This document shows positions 61,920 through 64,000 of a stretch of DNA of 64,000 nucleotides, in pieces (the first letter of the stretch is position 1; each line of letters begins with the position of its first letter). This stretch comes from Paraphysomonas bandaiensis. Its lineage: Eukaryota > Protista > Chrysophyceae. A program made the translations under genes and the position numbers. Location: positions 372,001 through 436,000 of the forward strand of contig CBFFRP010000066.1 of the NCBI GenBank assembly GCA_965644295.1, in the 5' to 3' direction. Under the pieces are notes generated by a model. That model saw nothing but the letters and a program-made list of their open reading frames with translations. It did no database searches and had not been told where the DNA came from.

Positions 61920-62332
61920 GTAGTGAATGTCTGATTATTAGCAATAGGCGGGTAAAAGTCGGACAACAATTTTTCTAACTAGTGCGTAACACTGATATTC
62001 TATTATTAGACGCTACGAAAGCTGCTTGTGCGTCACCGCAGGCACCAAGGTGCAACCACTTTTGCTCTATCACTCAAAGCAAAGGCAGTGAGCAAACAGA
62101 AAATGTTGATATATACCTGACATCTGCTGACTTCAGAATTTTATTAAGGTGAACGTCCCGGATACTTGACTTCAGTAGGCAGCCCAATACCACGGATGCC
62201 GTTGAGGTGGGCCCATTCCCGGATATTTGAGTTCAGCAGGTAGCCCAATACCCCCGGATTCCCTTGAGAAATCTCTCCGGTACTAATCACCCAGAACACC
62301 GCAAAAAGGTGCGAGTCCGACTTTATTGAGGG
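61920..62332 (-). mobile_element. Copy D (both ends present) of the ~0.4-kb non-coding retroposon-like element, 13-bp TSD
   Basis: On the minus strand it starts CCCTCAATAAAGTCGGAC. Flanked by TGTGGCCATAATA at 61907-61919 and 62333-62345. It shares three sequence modules with copy C. Confidence 0.8.
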
Positions 62333-64000
62333 TGTGGCCATAATAACTCCAGTGTTTCTATTTAGTATTGGCTATAAGTTTAGAGCTGTTGCTCTTTTTA
62401 CTGGTTCCAGATATGTGCTATTTTCGTTAAAAGATTAATAATCATATTGATATGTGTGTACCCCTCAGCACCATGAGGAGTTCTCTCCATAGCTGCAGGA
62501 GGTATAAGATTTCTGGCTATCGGTATGAACTTGAAAAGCTTCTCCTCAATTCAGTCATCGCCTAGGTAGTAAGCATCATCTCAACATCTAAAAATAACCA
62601 ATGCTCACTGTGTTTCACCACTCGGTAATACTTCTGTAATAAAACAGCACCGACTCTTAACTCACTGGCATCAATTAGTAGTCCATTCTAGCCCATAGTC
62701 TGGATAGAAAAAAGCTCACATGAATCTTGAACACCCTTGATGAAGCAACGAAATTCAGTTTCATAGCTATGTCTCCAAGTCTTTTCGGTCAAGTCCTTTA
62801 CATGAGCCACCTAATCTGTGTATTTTGGAGTAAAAAAGTCGAGGTAATACCAAAACCTGGTGAAATGTATAAAACCTGGAAATATTTGATGATGGTCGGA
62901 AAAGGGTTTAAATATGCACAATAACTAACTATGAAGATATTAATTGTGTGAAGTATATTGTTTATAATATTTTTTACTACTTTCTTGCATATGACTTCAG
63001 TTTTACAGCAATAAAAGTCACCGACTACACACATATATCATACACTACAAGAGTACTGAGTCGTATAAGCTAACCCATAGGACCTTCAACAGTAGAGCTC
63101 ATAAAGTGATCAATGCACTGGGAGATAGAGCTGAAGCAGATAAATTAATTCTATGTGCGGGAGAAATCTGTGGTAGCAATAGCCAACATATTTTTGACCA
63201 TGTATATCCTAAGCTTATATCTATTGCTCATGGTGACAAACCACCGAATAGACCAAACGATTTGAATATTTACACTTTAACGAATCGATTACCAACAAAA
63301 CGAGAATGACTAACGATACATACTTGTAATCGGTATATATTTTGTGGGGCCTGTCAAAGTCTGGTGATAAGGCAAGTAGATCATTGCAAAAGCACAAGCA
63401 CGAGGTGGTAGCCAATCTAAAATGCACTATACAACGTCTATGAAAGACGAGGGCTGGCATTGATATCGTTGACTGATACAAAGCAACCCACACTCCATAC
63501 TGCTGCATATGGAGAGCAGCATAACACTGAAAGCCTCAACCACATGAAGATAAAGCATGCGGTAGCTAGCATACACACTCCCTGCATCGCTGTAGCAGTA
63601 GAACGAACACACAAGTAGGGCACACCCATCAAACTCACCCACTGGACAGACAATCAACAGGAGAGTCCATCAGTGCTCCGTGTTCTGGTGTCTCAGTCCC
63701 TTAGAGGCCTCCGCATAGTGACACTATGAGTGCATCCCACTCAACAGAAGCAGAGGAGAGAGCGGACTCATATGTGGGGAGTCTGTGCCGCTAACAGCAG
63801 CAGCATGTATGTACACTATATGCAGTATATATATATATAAATCCCTGGTTTTTAGCTGGAAACTGTTTTTTGATAAAAATATATAGGATTACACCCACAC
63901 ATTCACAACAGTACAGTACATAGTGTACACACACTGTACATTTGTCATATAGAAAACCTCACTTTTGATAAAGTTTACTGCTGTATTTCGCTTTAGAATG

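Noticed and set aside
62011-62060. Helitron 3' end interpretation of the conserved hairpin
   Set aside because: The complete copies have 10-13-bp TSDs, which Helitrons do not make, and the element continues well beyond the hairpin on both sides.
62400-63800. Hydrophobic short ORFs suggesting a membrane-protein pseudogene
   Set aside because: Stops in all frames and no identifiable family.

Overview
Eukaryotic nuclear DNA with short GT-AG introns, most likely a stramenopile protist; this is inferred from gene style and PT-repeat proteins and is not proven. Recognisable genes: ribosomal protein eL20/L18a, an ~2090-aa armadillo-repeat protein, a TMEM209-like nuclear-envelope protein, a small CCHC zinc-knuckle protein, a single 5S rRNA gene, a prominin-like 5-TM protein, an EF-hand protein, NDUFA8 and a small bacterial-type membrane protein. 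Two giant paralogous surface proteins are divergently transcribed. Each has four ~330-aa beta-rich domains, a Pro/Thr/Ser repeat stalk, an LRR region, a TM helix and a cytoplasmic tail; they share a near-identical 5.3-kb N-terminal block but have unrelated signal-peptide exons. Mobile DNA is abundant: a 4.16-kb Mutator-like element with a 10-bp TSD carrying a 2.7-kb satellite, a degraded relative of it, a pogo-type transposase relic, a DUF6818/Myb relic and a MITE-like inverted repeat. The most notable item is a four-copy, ~0.4-kb non-coding element with variable-length TSDs, a conserved 3' hairpin and a 5' module partly resembling an HDV-like ribozyme. A spliced coiled-coil plus PD-(D/E)xK nuclease-like gene, only partly shown in the ORF track, runs off the left edge. 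All calls are by eye, without database searches.
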